The translations under genes were made by a program, and so were the position numbers. Positions 1-13,900 of a stretch of DNA of 64,000 nt are shown here, in pieces. The DNA lies in assembly GCF_006345805.1 (NCBI RefSeq), contig NC_043001.1, forward strand, positions 57,722,001 to 57,786,000, in the 5' to 3' direction. The stretch's first letter is position 1; every line of letters starts with the position of its first letter. Origin of the DNA: Octopus sinensis. Its lineage: Eukaryota. The notes beneath the pieces were generated by a model. That model worked only from the letters and a program-made list of their open reading frames with translations, had not been told where the DNA came from and did no database searches.

Positions 1-401
1 AATCAGACAAACAGGAATATTGACTATTTGGATTCTGAAATCACAAACAACTTTAGTAGTTGAAACCTTAAATTAATATCTGAGACCGATGGTTAACAAT
101 ACTTTGTAATTTAATAAGACACATCCTATTAGTACAAAACGGCAAAATATGAAGCAAACAAAGATTGCTTTTCATGAAAATGTCGTGGTGGTATAGAGAA
201 AAAAGTTGACCTGCAAAGAGCATCCTGATTCTCTTTCTCACTCTCTCGCTTTCTCATTCATGATCTCCCCCCTCTCTCTATCTATCATCCAACACACACA
301 CATACACACTATCAATGAAAATATACTCATTTTCTATATATCTATCATCTATATCGCTCGCTATATATGTATATATTTTATATACAAAAATATGCATACA
401 T

Positions 402-472
<71 letters not shown>

Positions 473-519
473 TTATATATATACAAACATTCATACATAA
501 ATACATACATATATACATG

Positions 520-566
<47 letters not shown>

Positions 567-2179
567 GTGTGTGTGTGTGTGTGTTTATATATTCGTTACA
601 CACGCTCGCACAGAGATACAAGCACATATATACAGATAGATACACAGTTACACGAATAATGCTCATGTGAATCATTTTAAAACGAAAATCAGGCACCTGC
701 TTCACATTTCCCATCATTTTGGGGATAGGCTTTAACAGATTTTACTTAACATGTATCTATTTCACGATTACCTCAAAGACTTCAAAATACTAGTTTATGA
801 ATATCGAGTCGTATTAACGTAAATACATACACGGTACGTAGTTTTTATGGATGAGGATACAATCCTGTTCATCAGAAAATGATTATGATAGACCTATTAG
901 GCTGCTCTCATACACTATTTTACAAAAATGTATTTGATTATATATATGAAAATAGGTAGGTAGGTAGGTAGGTAGATAGATAGACAGACATAGGCTGACA
1001 GACAGACAGACATATAGATAAATAGATAGATAGATAGATAGGTAGATAGATAGATAGATAGAAAGAAAGATAGGCAGATAGGTAGAAAAATCGATAGAGA
1101 GATATATAATACTTATATGCACACACGCAAATACACACACATGCACACATATATATGAATATAAGCATATATACCTTCACACACTTGCACACACATAACA
1201 ATAACACACACATTCGTTCTGACACACATCTGCATATATATACATATATGATCAATCAAAATTAATATCGGTAAGTATCCCAAACATATTAGCTTCTGTC
1301 TTGGCGTCACACCCCACTCAGAAACCTGTAAGAGCAGAGCACATATGTATAAAAACTGGCCTCTGATATTCAAGATAACTAGTAATGATATTCATATATG
1401 TGAGATATCAAATGCTCACATACCAATAATCGTATATATGTTAAAATGCAGGAATATGAATCGGTTTGACACGCACATTTCTTCCATGAGTCTCATTCAT
1501 ATTTAGAAATTCCAAGTAAAATAAAATGTTATTTAATACAGTTTCAAATAATAGAACATTGCACGAAGTACACTAATTAGTGTGCACGTAAACTTCATAT
1601 AAAATGACACGCATAAAATGAGGTCCCCCACCCCACGCAAACAAACAAACAGATCGTACATGCATGCATATATGTATGAGTATATTAGTGCAGAATAATT
1701 ATCAGTAAGAAAAATACATACGAGCAATAATCATTAATAAATACTTGAATCATACGAAATACATTATAGGCACAAACTTATTGAATCTAATATAAATGTA
1801 TTAAGAAGTGTGCAGGACTAGAAATTAGGTAATGTAAATTAAAAGAAGGCAAAAACTTTAGGTAAAAGCAATAGCTAAAGAAATAATCATATTAGCGTAA
1901 TTTAAAAGGTGGTGACGTGATGACAAATTGACGTGATCTTTAGAAAAATTATATCTTAGTGCATTTGTGAAACTGGTAACTACCTCACGTCATCTATAAC
2001 ATATATCAATGCTGATGAAGAGAACAGAATAGATAATTTGAAAATATTTATGTGATCTAAGTATTTCATGTTGCAAGGAGCAATTCTATTCCATGCTTCT
2101 GTTAAGAGTATAATCATTATAGAAGCCTTTGCTATTTAAATACGGCATGCTATCTTGTTTTCTGTGTATGAAAAAAAAA

Positions 2180-2586
2180 CTTTGAAAAAATCTGGCAGGA
2201 TATTTTCATATTGAATAAGAGAAACAAATACTGTCAGATCACTGATGTAACCATACCAAATGTCATGAATGTTGTGAGTAAAGAGGTTGAATAAATCACC
2301 AAGTACTCTGAATTGAAAACGGAAATAGCAAGACCATATGAAATGCGAGATGGTAATTTAAAAATGATAACAGTGTCGATCAGAGCTTTCGACTCAATCC
2401 CATTGACATTTCAAGACTTCTTAAGGTAACTGAAAATCCCATGCAAGACTGATGTCTCGCAAAAAGCAGGCTTATTGGGCACAACGCATACCTTAAGGAA
2501 AAGTATTATCTGTCTGAGGTCCTTGGTTTGACTTGACAGAGGACTAAAGACACCGGTGCATTATTACCTACACTGTGTTACGAAGG
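2180..2586 (+). mobile_element. Decayed 3' end of an R4/Dong-type LINE (restriction-like endonuclease C-terminus) followed by an (AAT)n tract
   Basis: Hand translation with stops gives ITDVTIPNVMNVVSKEVE*ITKYSELKTEIAR...SQKAGLLGTTHTLRK, matching the RLE end of the other copies (e.g. ORF 59223-59645 DVAVPGD...KYGNLRIEIAK...QKSSLFGTARILRK). Confidence 0.75.
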
Positions 2587-2617
2587 AATAACAATAACAA
2601 CAACAACAGTAATAATG

Positions 2618-2683
<66 letters not shown>

Positions 2684-2753
2684 TAATAATAATAATAATA
2701 ATATAATATAATAATAATAATAATATAATAATAATAAATAATAATAATAATAA

Positions 2754-2784
<31 letters not shown>

Positions 2785-2861
2785 AAGAAGAAGAAGAAGA
2801 AGAAGAAGAAGAGAAGAAGAAGAAGAAGAAACAACAACAACAACAACAACAACAACAATAA
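2587..2861. repeat. Compound trinucleotide microsatellite (AAT)n-(AAG)n-(AAC)n
   Basis: Directly visible; explains the poly-L/F ORF 2568-2858. Confidence 0.97.
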
Positions 2862-3385
2862 CAGGCTTCTGATCTTAACTGATTGGAAGTGTTATCATGT
2901 ACATTGTTTTGTCTTGGTATAAAAGACGGGCTACAGCAAATATTCTGCTCAATACCACAGATTTGCTTGTCAGTTGTTTGACCTTAACCAGTTGAGCATG
3001 TCCCTTAGTGGCTGACGAAATGTGCATCTCTGATCATGAGCAGAAGTAGTAGGGGAGCCTCATAGCCATGTGTTGAGAGGGATTCTTTGGGGTTTGAATA
3101 ATTCACCTTTAGAAACATGGGTGGTTCTTTCAACATCCTTAAACAACCCTTATTCAGGGAACTTTTGAGCAGGATGCACTACTCTACCTGAAGAAAATTC
3201 TAACTGGGCCCCACCTGCAAGGTCATGTGCTGGTTATCTTGATATGAGATAACCATGTCGCGCACATATGGTTGTGATGCATGTGCCTAGTGTACCCTTA
3301 TCAGACGGGTAGTCATGATGGGTATATTGGGCTTCGTATATTTTACCCCAGTGTCACTTTGATGGCATGAACTGCTCTCTCACTC

Positions 3386-3387
<2 letters not shown>
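2862..3387. mobile_element. ~525-bp non-coding interspersed repeat embedded between trinucleotide tracts (probable non-autonomous retroelement)
   Basis: Complex sequence bounded by (AAC/AAT)n on the left and (AAT)n at 3388-3472. Recognised from memory as a common octopus repeat; no second copy in this window. Confidence 0.45.
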
Positions 3388-3473
<86 letters not shown>

Positions 3474-3498
3474 GAACAATAATAGTATAACATCTTAA

Positions 3499-3995
3499 AT
3501 GGTAACCGAACAGACAACAAAGATCCTAAACTTCAAATGCTCGGTACTAGAAGGGGTGCAAGGGAATTGGCTGAAAAATTTCCCAGCACAACACAAAAGA
3601 ATAGCCACGCAAATGAATAAAATGAGCAACAATGTTGTACAAAGCCCAAAGTGTTTGACCACAGGTAAAACAATTATTTACCAAAAGGATCTCTGCAAAG
3701 GCAATGCAGTTAATAATTACCGGCCTCTCAACTGCTTGTCCCTGATGTGGAAGCTGATGACTGGAATAGTATCTAATTATGTGTATAACTTCTTGGAAAT
3801 GAATGACAAACTGCCTGTGGAACAGATAGTGTGCAGAAGGAAAATGATAGGGACAAAAGACCAACAGCCGATAGACAGAATGGCACTGAACTACTGCAAG
3901 ATATGACTTACTAATCTGGGTATGTCGAGGCTTGATCATAATAAAGCGTATGATATAGTCCCCTATTCCTGGATTCTAGAAAGTCTTGAGTGTAG
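3499..3995 (+). mobile_element. R4/Dong-type LINE reverse transcriptase fragment
   Basis: ORF 3499-3906 has KDLCKGNAVNNYRPLNCLSLMWKLMTGI (NYRPI motif); the next frame has DHNKAYDIVPYSWILESLE (D-x-x-KAFD-x-VPHSWI motif). Confidence 0.85.
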
Positions 3996-4009
3996 AGGTG
4001 TCTCTTGTA

Positions 4010-4530
4010 TTGTTCCCAAAAGAATTTTTGTCCATTCTTCAGCTAAAAGAGTCTCTAATTCTTGTTGTGATGATGGTGGCGGATATCTAATCCTTAAATG
4101 TTTTTCTAAAATGCACCATAAATATTCAATAATAATGAGATCTGGGGCCTGTGGTGGCCAGATAAATGTTCCTCGTATGATTCAGTAACAAATTTAGCTG
4201 TGTGAATTGGTGCATTATCATCCTGAATGATTGTGCTTCCCTCCGGAAATGGTTTCGCAACCATAGAAGAATTTGATCTGATAAAATGCTTAAATATTAA
4301 TTCTGGCATGAAGAAAAATCATTAAGCCGGCGGATGTCCCAGATATAGCCCCCACCACCAGATTTTCACAGATCCTCCCACATGTTTAACAGTTGGAAGA
4401 AGGCAGTCTGGGTCAATTGCTTCTTTAGTCTGTCTCCATATGTATACTCGGCCGGTGGTCGGAAATCAGTTAAAGGATAACTCGTCCGAGAAAATAACAT
4501 TTTTCCACTGCTCTAGGAACCAATTCTGTT
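4010..4530 (-). mobile_element. Tc1-family transposase relic (DD34E catalytic region)
   Basis: Minus-strand frames give VIFSDE (first D), IIQDDNAPIHTAK (second D, ORF 4106-4309) and, after a frameshift, WPPQAPDLIIIEYLW (WPPQSPDLNPIE-like). Confidence 0.85.
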
Positions 4531-4544
4531 GTTTCTTTTTAGGT

Positions 4545-7160
4545 CACTGACTTGGTAGCGAGAGCCTGATCTTGTGCAGCAATGATCAGGCTTTCGGTAG
4601 TACGCTTCAAATCACCTCCATCAAGACATGGCCACGATGCTGTATTATCCTTAACGCCCTGTTTAATCTTTTCAAACTATCCATGCATTCTCATTTCAAG
4701 AAGATCTTCTTTTCTCTTCTCTCAGATGTCTGGTTAAACACTTCCTTACACATCATTTCAGCTGCATTTACTCCCATATCTTTCCCGGCATATTGCGGCA
4801 GGTCTTCATGACTATTTATCAAATACTCGGCAAGCGTTCTCTTTTCACTCCTTATGCTATGGTCTATACTAATTAGTCCTCTGCCACCATTCTTTCTTTT
4901 CACATATATTCTGTTTACGTTTGCTTTAAGGCGTCGTCAGCTTTCTCGTCCTATTCAGTGTTCATATTTCCTCTTTAGTCCATTTGAGGAAGGACGTGCA
5001 TTATCTGACCACCGCAACTGCCCAGATATTCATTGCGGTAATTTTTGGCATTCAGGGTTGATTTCAACAACAATCTTCACCCTTGTTTGTTACGCCTTGC
5101 TGACCTTAACTTACATTTCTCTATGTAGAATGTCATCCAGCTCCCAAAATCCTTAAATAACTCTACCCATTACCATCGGGTTCACCTATGGTCTCTCATG
5201 ATGGTAAACACAATCCTCTGCAGGCTGCTTTCTTCCCTCTTTTCATATTTAGGACTGAGCATTTGGTAGTCCCAAATTCCATACTGATACGCCTACCACA
5301 CTTCTGAACTGTTTTGGTGACGGAATCTATGTTTTCCAGATTTCCCAAACAATTTCAGATCATCAATAGAAAGAAGACGCTTCAAAGATGGGCCTTTCTT
5401 ACAACATTGGTTACCCATCTTAACTTTCTTAAGTGTCATTGTTATAGGTGTTTGTGCAATTACAAATAGTAGCAGAGAAAACGAGTCACCTTGAAGATTT
5501 CTTTTTTAATATTAACTTCTCCAAGTATTACATTATTTGAGTAGAATTTGGTTTTCCACTCTTTCATGCTATGCATCAGAAATGTGTAATGTTGTCAGCA
5601 ACACTAAACATTAGTAGGCATTCAACGATCCAAGAATGAAGCATCGTATCATATACCTTCTTAAAGTCAATCCAAGCCATAGATATGATTATATGACGTG
5701 TTTTTTACAATGCCTCAAAACTGTTTTATCGATGACCAGGTGATCTTTGGTAGACTGAGAATTCTTCCTACAACGTTTTTGTTCCCTTAGCAATTTTTTC
5801 GTCCTGTGCTTGAAAGTGTATGTCTTTGCCGCACATACTTTCCTATGAAAGCCCGCAGGGCTCGCTTTGAGCACTTTAATTTAGGCATGCTATGGTACGG
5901 TAGTTTCCCACAATTTTTCTCTTTCTTCAATCTTTCATTATAAGTGTTGTCTTCCCAGTCTCCATCCACGCGGGAACTGTACCTTTCTAGACACACTCAT
6001 TCAATTGGGCTGCTAGACTTTCATGCACCGCGTGTCATCTCTTTATCCAGGAGCCATAAATCCCGGGCTTTCCAGTTAGGTACTTTACCCACTTCTTCTT
6101 TCACATCACCCCTACATATGAAAATTTTCCTTTGTTTTTTTCCTCCTAGTAATTCAGTTTTTATAGTTGCTATCCTCATTGCATCTCTTTTATACACCAA
6201 CTTGTTAACCCATATTTCACTCCAGAACTCCTTGTCTTGATTTGCATCAGGAGCAACATTTCCCCATTGTCTCCTTCTAATGTTCGGAAAAATTCTTCGG
6301 TTTATTTTTGAAGAATCTGTTCTCCTCAAACTGCTTATTTCTGTTCACAAATCTTCTGATCTGGCTCGTTGCCATGATCCTCTATTTTAACTGCTTTATT
6401 ACTGCATCAAACCGTTCTTCCGTATATTATATTTTTTATCTTTATTTTTTTCGTTGGTCTTTTTCCAATTTTTCCAGTTTCTTCTTAACCATTGCTCAAT
6501 TTTTCCTAGACCTTGCCTTGCTCGCATTATGTCCCATTCAATGCATCCTTTACACCATGGTTCATTTGTTCCATCATTTTTTGTTATCTCAATTGTAATT
6601 TCTCCTCAACAAGTAGCGCAGTAGCTAGAAGATTTCCTGTTTGTGTTATGTATAGATGTATGGTATGGCAGTATTTATCTTCTCTGTTACTTATGTATCA
6701 TACTCCTATCTACCCATCTCATATTCATGGGGATTTTCTCTTCAGGAGCATTCATCAAGTCTGTAAGTTGTCTTCGAATTTTAAGCAATTCATTATCTGG
6801 TTGGTTCATTTCCCCTGCATGTCTACCCACCACATTATCAGGGTTCATGGAATAACGTTCCTGTTCCTCATCATTAACATCCCCATCACCATTTCCCAGT
6901 TCCTCCTGTCTACTCTTTTGTCTGCTTTCAGCTCCTACCTCTCTGTTTTTAACTCGGACCATCCTTTGTAGGCCATCAGCAGGGTCTCATAGACTCAGTA
7001 ATCCGAAATATTTCTGCTCTAGTTGAGAGACCCTTCCTCCAAATCACTCTGACTTGGTTCCTTAGTTTCTTTTTTGGCATTGGACACATGTCCTTTTATA
7101 TCCCAAATTTCAAGGTACGTCGGCCTACTCCGCGACTTCTTTCCAGCTTTGCTCCTCCAT
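4545..7160 (-). mobile_element. Heavily decayed R4/Dong-type LINE (N-terminal region and RT)
   Basis: KRKNGGRGLISIDH (4691-4903); LLSIDDLKL (YMDD box, ~5370); GDSFSLLLF (QGDSLSPLLF box, ~5480); EQKRCRKNSQSTKDHLVIDK (5689-5874). Confidence 0.8.
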
Positions 7161-7574
7161 GACATTGAATAAGTGTATCTTACTGTTTCTTCGTCCACAT
7201 ATGTCTGTTTTTTCGCATGTCAAATCTTCTTACATAACAACCATCCAAGGCCTGACCACTTCCTCTGATGTGGGCGGTTTCGGACATGCCGAGCGGGAAA
7301 CCTTCACCATGATTTGCTGTAGCTTCATTCTCACTGTTCATTCTTTCCTTGTGTTGCATCATGATTTCATGAGTTGAATCGTTCGTGGGATTCCCACGAG
7401 AGTTGTTATTGAGATCCCAACTCTCTGTTCCTCTGTTTATTTGTATATGCACGTGCTCATTTATGAACACACACATACACACACTCACACACACACACAC
7501 ACACTCATATATAAATAACGTGCTTGCATTGTGTCACCTCTATAATCACAGTGATTACCATTATCACCTTCGTT

Positions 7575-9000
7575 CTACCTATAGCATTTAAAAATATCAA
7601 TAATAATATAGGTCCCGGTATATTGCAGCAGATCTTCATCACTATTTATTAAATACTTGGCAAGTGTTCTGCATTCACTCATTATGCAATGGTCTATACT
7701 AAACGATCCTCTGCAACCCCTACAACGCAAGGAATATTCCCCATCTTCAGTTGCCCCTGTTTCGACTAATCTGTGTTTCGAAGGTAAGAGCAAGACACGA
7801 CTTCGTTGAAACAGTCCTTACCACTTTCAGTTCGGCATTTCCCCTAACACATTACTCATTAATTAAACTCAGATCTGGCTGCTACTCACTCACTACTTCT
7901 TCCCTCACTGTCTTTAACCACACTTTATCTTCATTATGATTGACTGGCTTATCTCCAAAATTACTCCAGATTTTTCGAGTTTCTTCTGCATTAGGTTTCT
8001 CATCTTCAGTACTTCGTTCTTCACTATTTATTTGGTTATAAAATCTCCTCTGGTCTATCTAAAATAATTAATTCTTTTGATACTGATCTATTCTTTTGTG
8101 ATATCTGGAGAGCTTACCTGCTACTGCCATGATACGCTATTTCAACTATTCTTTTACTGTCCCAAATCGTTTCTCTTTGACTAAGTATCATTTCCTGAGG
8201 GAAATGTCCTAGCTTGTTAAGTTTCAAGGCTTCTATTCTACTCAGATCTTGTCTTAAAGTCTTCACTTTATTTGTAGTTTCCTTTTCCACATTTGCTCTT
8301 TTTTAATCTGTCCCTCTCAGATATCTAATATATTCTAGTGACTATTACTCCTTCTGCATAGATCAATAAATTAGTGTCTTCTATATTTTTCTCATCTATC
8401 CTACTGATAACAGAAACTACTAGTCATTTCTAGCAGCTTCCTTCTGTTGGTGCATTTTAATGCTGGTAATCATTTTCTTACTTCTTTACTCATTACTTCC
8501 TGCAACTTATCTAAAGTCTTCTGATCTTCTTCACATAAATCACTTAAGTCGTTGGTGCCAGTTCTCCCTTCCCTATTGGTTACGCTAGTATTATTTTTTG
8601 TCCATTGGATACTTCTTTGGTTTGAGCTGCATCTCTTATGTTATTGTTTGTCTTTCCCACTGTCTGGCCTTTCTTTTCCAGTTCCCTTGCATCTCTTCAA
8701 CCTATAATTCTGTCATCCACTTTCTTCTTCTAATATTAATAGCTTGATCAACTAACCTCTGCTCAGTCACATTAAACACACCCTTCTCAACCCAGAATGT
8801 GAACATCTGTTTTATCATAGTCCCTTCTTTTAGGTTCGCTTTCTAAGTACCACTTTATCACTCTGCCTTTTTCTTCACCTCCTCCACACTCTGCTATCTA
8901 ATGATACTGTATTAGGATAACACTTGTGGTCAGTGTGCAGCTTTACTGAATCACTGCTGAGCGAGAGGCCTTTCCCCAACGGTCCAGCTTCATTTTCGGT
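7575..9000 (-). mobile_element. Second decayed R4/Dong-type LINE fragment
   Basis: CRGSFSIDHCIMSECRTLAKYLINSDEDLLQY parallels ORF 4691-4903; ~8740-8830 reads FTFWVEKGVFNVTEQRLVDQAINIRRRKWMT (EQRLxDQ motif of the R4/Dong N-terminal region). Confidence 0.65.
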
Positions 9001-9169
9001 ATCACAATCTCTTGTCTCACATAAACTGAGGTAAGGTAGCGTTTTTCACCATCGTCATAATCACTATTATTTTTTGATATCTGAAAATTTCAAGCAAATT
9101 TCTATTGCTTCGTTTCTTACACATTTGTGCAGGAAAAAAATATAAGATATAAAAGTAAACAAAGAAAAT

Positions 9170-9299
9170 AAAGGGGAAGGAAGGAAAGAAATTTCACAGA
9201 GACAAACTCTTCACAATACGTGTGACGTACCAGTTAATACGATCTTTTACACTTCCTGCATGAATGGTAATCCAGGGATCATTCTTGAATAATTTTCAA
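9170..9299 (-). mobile_element. Extreme C-terminus of an R4/Dong-type ORF
   Basis: Hand translation: RMIPGLPFMQEV*KIVLTGTSHVL*R. Confidence 0.65.
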
Positions 9300-9697
9300 A
9301 GCTAATAAAGCCGATGTTGACAAAGCCACTACCTATCAATGGTAAGAGTTTTCTGGCTTAAAATCAGAGAAATAAGTGTTTCTCATAGGACCCAAGATTA
9401 ATGCCTACATAAAAGCAGCTATCGGGCCAACATATCATGTATGTAAACAAGAAAACTTAGACTTGCCCCATGATAAAAACTGGTGGGAACCCAAACCACC
9501 TTCAGCGCTCGAAGATGACCACTTCGCACTCCTCTGGCACTTCACTTTTCAAACTGACAGACAGATATATGCGAATATGTCAGACATTATTTTGAAGGAC
9601 TCCAGTAAAAAATCATGCCTCCTCGATGATATGACTGTCCCAATCTACATAAATTTATCTGTCAAAAACCTACCAAAAGTTGAGCATATATTGATCT
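9300..9697 (+). repeat. 398-bp inverted duplicate of the RLE region at 10568-10965
   Basis: ORFs 9376-9699(+) and 10560-10889(-) translate almost identically (V/I difference near the end); both arms measure 398 bp. Confidence 0.95.
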
Positions 9698-9835
9698 AAC
9701 CATCTTGAGATACCATCTTTGCTCCTACTACTCTGTGGTATTAGGAAATGTTATTTAGTTTCGATTATTTTCTCGTACTTGAGACAAACATTGTCTTGTA
9801 CTTGATTTAATCATTGTTTGGCACTTGAGATAATC

Positions 9836-9943
<108 letters not shown>

Positions 9944-9945
9944 TA

Positions 9946-10165
9946 AGACGGAGAGCTGTCAGAGTCATTAGCATGCCGGACGAAATGCTTAGCTCTATTT
10001 CGTCTGCCGCTTCGTTCTGAGTTCAAACTCCGCCAAATTCGAGTTTATCTTTCATGCTTTTGAGGTAGATACATTAAGTAACATTTCCGCGCTGGGATCG
10101 ACGCTAGCGACTTACATCCTCCACGGAAATTTCAGGACATGTCTCTATATTAGAAAGGATTATTA
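9946..10165 (+). mobile_element. tRNA-derived SINE (octopus OK/OR-type family)
   Basis: A-box-like GACGGAGAGCTGTCAGAGT and B-box-like GAGTTCAAACTCC; related copies at 48398, 55243 and 59071. Confidence 0.75.
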
Positions 10166-10179
10166 CTTTTATTATTATA

Positions 10180-13100
10180 TGTTTGACTTTTCCCTTTTAT
10201 TTGTACAAGTTTACTCCAAGTCTGCCCCAAAGACTTCAAGAGACAAGTTAGAAGATCAAATTATAACTAGGGTATTATGAATAGGGTGCCATATATTTGA
10301 TTTTGCACAAAGTAGTGTTCTAGAGTATGTTCAGGAAAACATAAAAAATTACAATTTTGCTTTAAAATTTGGGATTAAATAGGCAAGATTTTACGCAGAA
10401 TATGGACAGTTCCTTACGCACTATTTTTTAAAATTTCTTCCATTTTTGGATTGCCTGGTATCTGAGCTAGGTAGCAATAAACCCCTTTTGCTATAATTTC
10501 TAGGGCACCTAGGTCAACAAGTATTGTATTAGTCTTGATGTTCCACATTTTGCCAATTTCTATTTCAAGATCAATATATGCTCAATTTTTGGTAGGTTTT
10601 TGACAGATAAATTTATGTAGATTGGGACAGTCATATCATCGAGGAGGCATGATTTTTTACTGGAGTCCTTCAAAATAATGTCTGACATATTCGCATATAT
10701 CTGTCTGTCAGTTTGAAAAGTGAAGTGCCAGAGGAGTGCGAAGTGGTCATCTTCGAGCGCTGAAGGTGGTTTGGGTTCCCACCAGTTTTTATCATGGGGC
10801 AAGTCTAAGTTTTCTTGTTTACATACATGATATGTTGGCCCGATAGCTGCTTTTATGTAGGCATTAATCTTGGGTCCTATGAGAAACACTTATTTCTCTG
10901 ATTTTAAGCCAGAAAACTCTTACCATTGATAGGTAGTGGCTTTGTCAACATCGGCTTTATTAGCTCTCATTGGGTATTTGCCATTTATGAGGATTTTCTT
11001 ACCAATTTTCACTAAGAATATCTAAAGCAGCAGTTTTAGCACGAGTTTTCATAGACTTAGTCTTTTCTGTGCTTGTTTCCAGTACGTCTAATTCTTGGAT
11101 TTGTTGTATTTGGTATTTACTTAAATATTCCTTTGCCGGTTTTGTTACTGTGTTTGATGTTTTCTTGTTTTAAATTTGAACATCCCATCATCAGAAGCTT
11201 TCATGCAGGTGTTTAGGCCAATTGTTGCAATCTTCATTGTTAATTCCAGTTTTAAAAGTTCACAGCCACCCTCTTTTCTTGGCAGGTAAAATCGTACTAT
11301 ATCTGCCTTCGTGTGGTATATTCTATGCATTGTCAACAATTTTCTTCTTTTTCTGTCAACATTCCAGGTTTCAGTAACTGACCAGTTAATAGTATTGAAA
11401 CTGAAAGTTACGACCAGTATGGCTAAAGTATTGATCGCTGCAATCCTGTTTCTTGCATTCACCTCTCTCTCGAGGATTGAACTTATCTTGCGATAACCTT
11501 TTCTTCTGATCCTTTTCCGCGTCACTGAATATTTGATTCCATAACCTTGAAATACCCTTAGATATTTGTAGCTCACCGCTGGTTCTAACTCCAGTATGAC
11601 ATTCTGTGGATCAAGGTTAACGTTAAATGTTTCTATCCTTTTTCCTCTGATAAAGGTTTCTTTTGCACATTCATCGAGGCCAAATTGCAGCCTTGTGTCA
11701 CTACTGAACTGTTTAACAATTCTTAGCAAGCCCTGTAGTTGTTGGTTATCTTTTTTACAGGTCTTTAAATCATCTATGTAAAAGAGATGATTTATATCTT
11801 TATCAATCATTTTATAGCCATGTTTTACATCAAGGAGCAATTTTGAGAGCTGTATTAAGGCTAGACACAAGAGAAGTGTTGATAAATAGTCACTCTAGAA
11901 AATGCTACATGATATAACTTACATCTCCAGCATTGAAAGATTCGTTTCCACTATTCAAAGTCTCTGTGGTTTTCCTTGATCTCATACAAATAAAAGAATT
12001 TCGCAGAGTAGGTGCTATTTTATAAATTTCCAGACATTTCTAAATCCAGTTATGTGGTAGAGTATCAAAGAGCTTTTTTTACTCTATCCAAGTTATAGAC
12101 AAAATATTGTGTTGTTTGTGACAATCTTCCAAGATAATCTTATTTATGAACAGCTGATCTTTACAACCATATGACCCACGTTTTCGCTCAGTAGGGAAGA
12201 TGCCACTTTCTATTAAAAAAACTATGGGTGGAGTCAGTCAAAACAGATGTTAGTATTTTATATATTGTTAAGGAGGTTATAGGTTTATAATTTCTTGGTT
12301 CACTTGTTTCTTTATTTTTTAGAGGTAGGAATGTCACACCATTAATTTGCCAAGAGCAAATCGTATTAAATTGTTTCAAAAAGTTTTGTTCATAGTTCAT
12401 GTCTCTCAGGGAGAGCATCCAACCAGAAGTTAGGGATTTTATCCTTTCCTGGAGATTTCCATTTGTTTGATTTCCTGAGAGCAGATATCACATCCTCTCC
12501 CTTGATATCCTCCCACATTTGTTCTTCTAAGGAGTCTAAGTCAGTGAACGTCTGTCTATCTATTCAGCCCAAACTTAATTCCAAAATTGCAGCACTTCTT
12601 CTATTGATGGGACAGGCTTTACTGTAACTCATATTTTCCCTATTTTCTTGTAAAAGTTTATGTGTCATTTTTAATATGTTGTTCTCCTTGAAGAAACTAA
12701 CGTGGTTTTTATACCGTGCAATGCAGGCAACTTTAGCAGATACCTTTTGGTTAATTGTGTCAATGGTAATATCAATGTGAAGTATGGATTTCAAATATAC
12801 TTGTTTCTTTAATTTTCAGATATGTGGAGTTTGATATTCTTGTCAAACTTAAGGTATTTTAAACATTCTATGTCAGACCTGAGTAACTGAATTTAATGTT
12901 GAATACGCTCTTGCCAAATAGGCTTTTTGTGTGAATTTTTTCGTTTTCTAATCTTTACACCACATAGAATCGTTGAGATTTTCGCGGATGTAAAGTACAG
13001 ATGGTTGAGATCTGTAATATCATTAGCTGATATTATATCCTTAAGTGCAACGCGGATATTACCAATTACTTTCAGGTTTTGTTTAGAACTTCGAATGTTT

Positions 13101-13900
13101 GGTAGAGTGTCACGCTTATTCATGTCGGTTTCTTTAATTTTCAGCCATTCAACTATGATTCCATTTTTTAGACCATCTAGTTCAGTTGTGTCAAATTCTT
13201 TGTGACTTTCTTCATCTTTCTGATTTTCATCTACCTTGGTTTCTATGGTTAGTATAGAGAGCATTTCATTTTGCTTATCAGTTACAGAGTCTCTTTCTGT
13301 AATTACCGCATTTTCATCAGACCTGGGTTGGTCTGAATTATTTCCGCAGTAGTATTTTCTTTAGTTGCAACTTTGTTCCTTTTATCCATTACTGCTTGTT
13401 TAATTTGGTCAATTAGTAATTTTTTTTACATAAGGTTTCTTCATATGTTGGCAAGTTTGTTAGTATCTATGTAGGATCTTACTGCAAGGTACTTCTCTCT
13501 CCATTTTAGCTTGGTGTCTTCAGTATTAGATTTATTTGTGGGAAAATACATGGCACGATAGAAGGCCTAAAGAAATTCTTTATTATCTCCGCTGAACATT
13601 TTTCATTCTTTTTCTTTTGGTTATTTGATAACGAGCGTGGATGGTCATCTATTGGAATATTCCAGTTATGGGGTACTTCCAGCTCCTGTGATTCGGGAAG
13701 ATTTGAACCAGTACCTGATTTTTCACACCTAGTCTGGTTCCCCACTGGGTGTGCGTCCCTTGTTGACCCGGGTGATGGCTGATTCAGTGTGTACTTTCTA
13801 TGTTATCATTGAGGCTTGATGAGCTTGGACGTTGACATAAGTGGCTTTTTGAGATAACACTGCCTCTGAGTTCTCTGAATGAAAACATCACCCGTAACGT
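10180..13900 (-). mobile_element. Near full-length but disrupted R4/Dong-type non-LTR retrotransposon (~3.7 kb; RT plus C-terminal RLE)
   Basis: ORF pieces in order: N-terminal region (12564-13745), RNYKPIT (12188-12418), INHLFYIDDLK...YKYL...RFYLPRKEGG (11145-11870), KNWWEPKP...FQTDRQIYANMSDIILKD (10560-10889), then a short AAT-rich tail. Confidence 0.9.

Noticed and set aside
206-1373. YI/HT/LSIY-type ORFs here and throughout the window, and the poly-L/I/N ORFs
   Set aside because: All derive from (TA)n, (CA)n, (TATC)n or trinucleotide microsatellites.
9170-9697. Twin-priming 5' inversion of one LINE
   Set aside because: The inverted arm matches the decayed neighbour at 10568-10965, not the subfamily of the adjoining 3' end.
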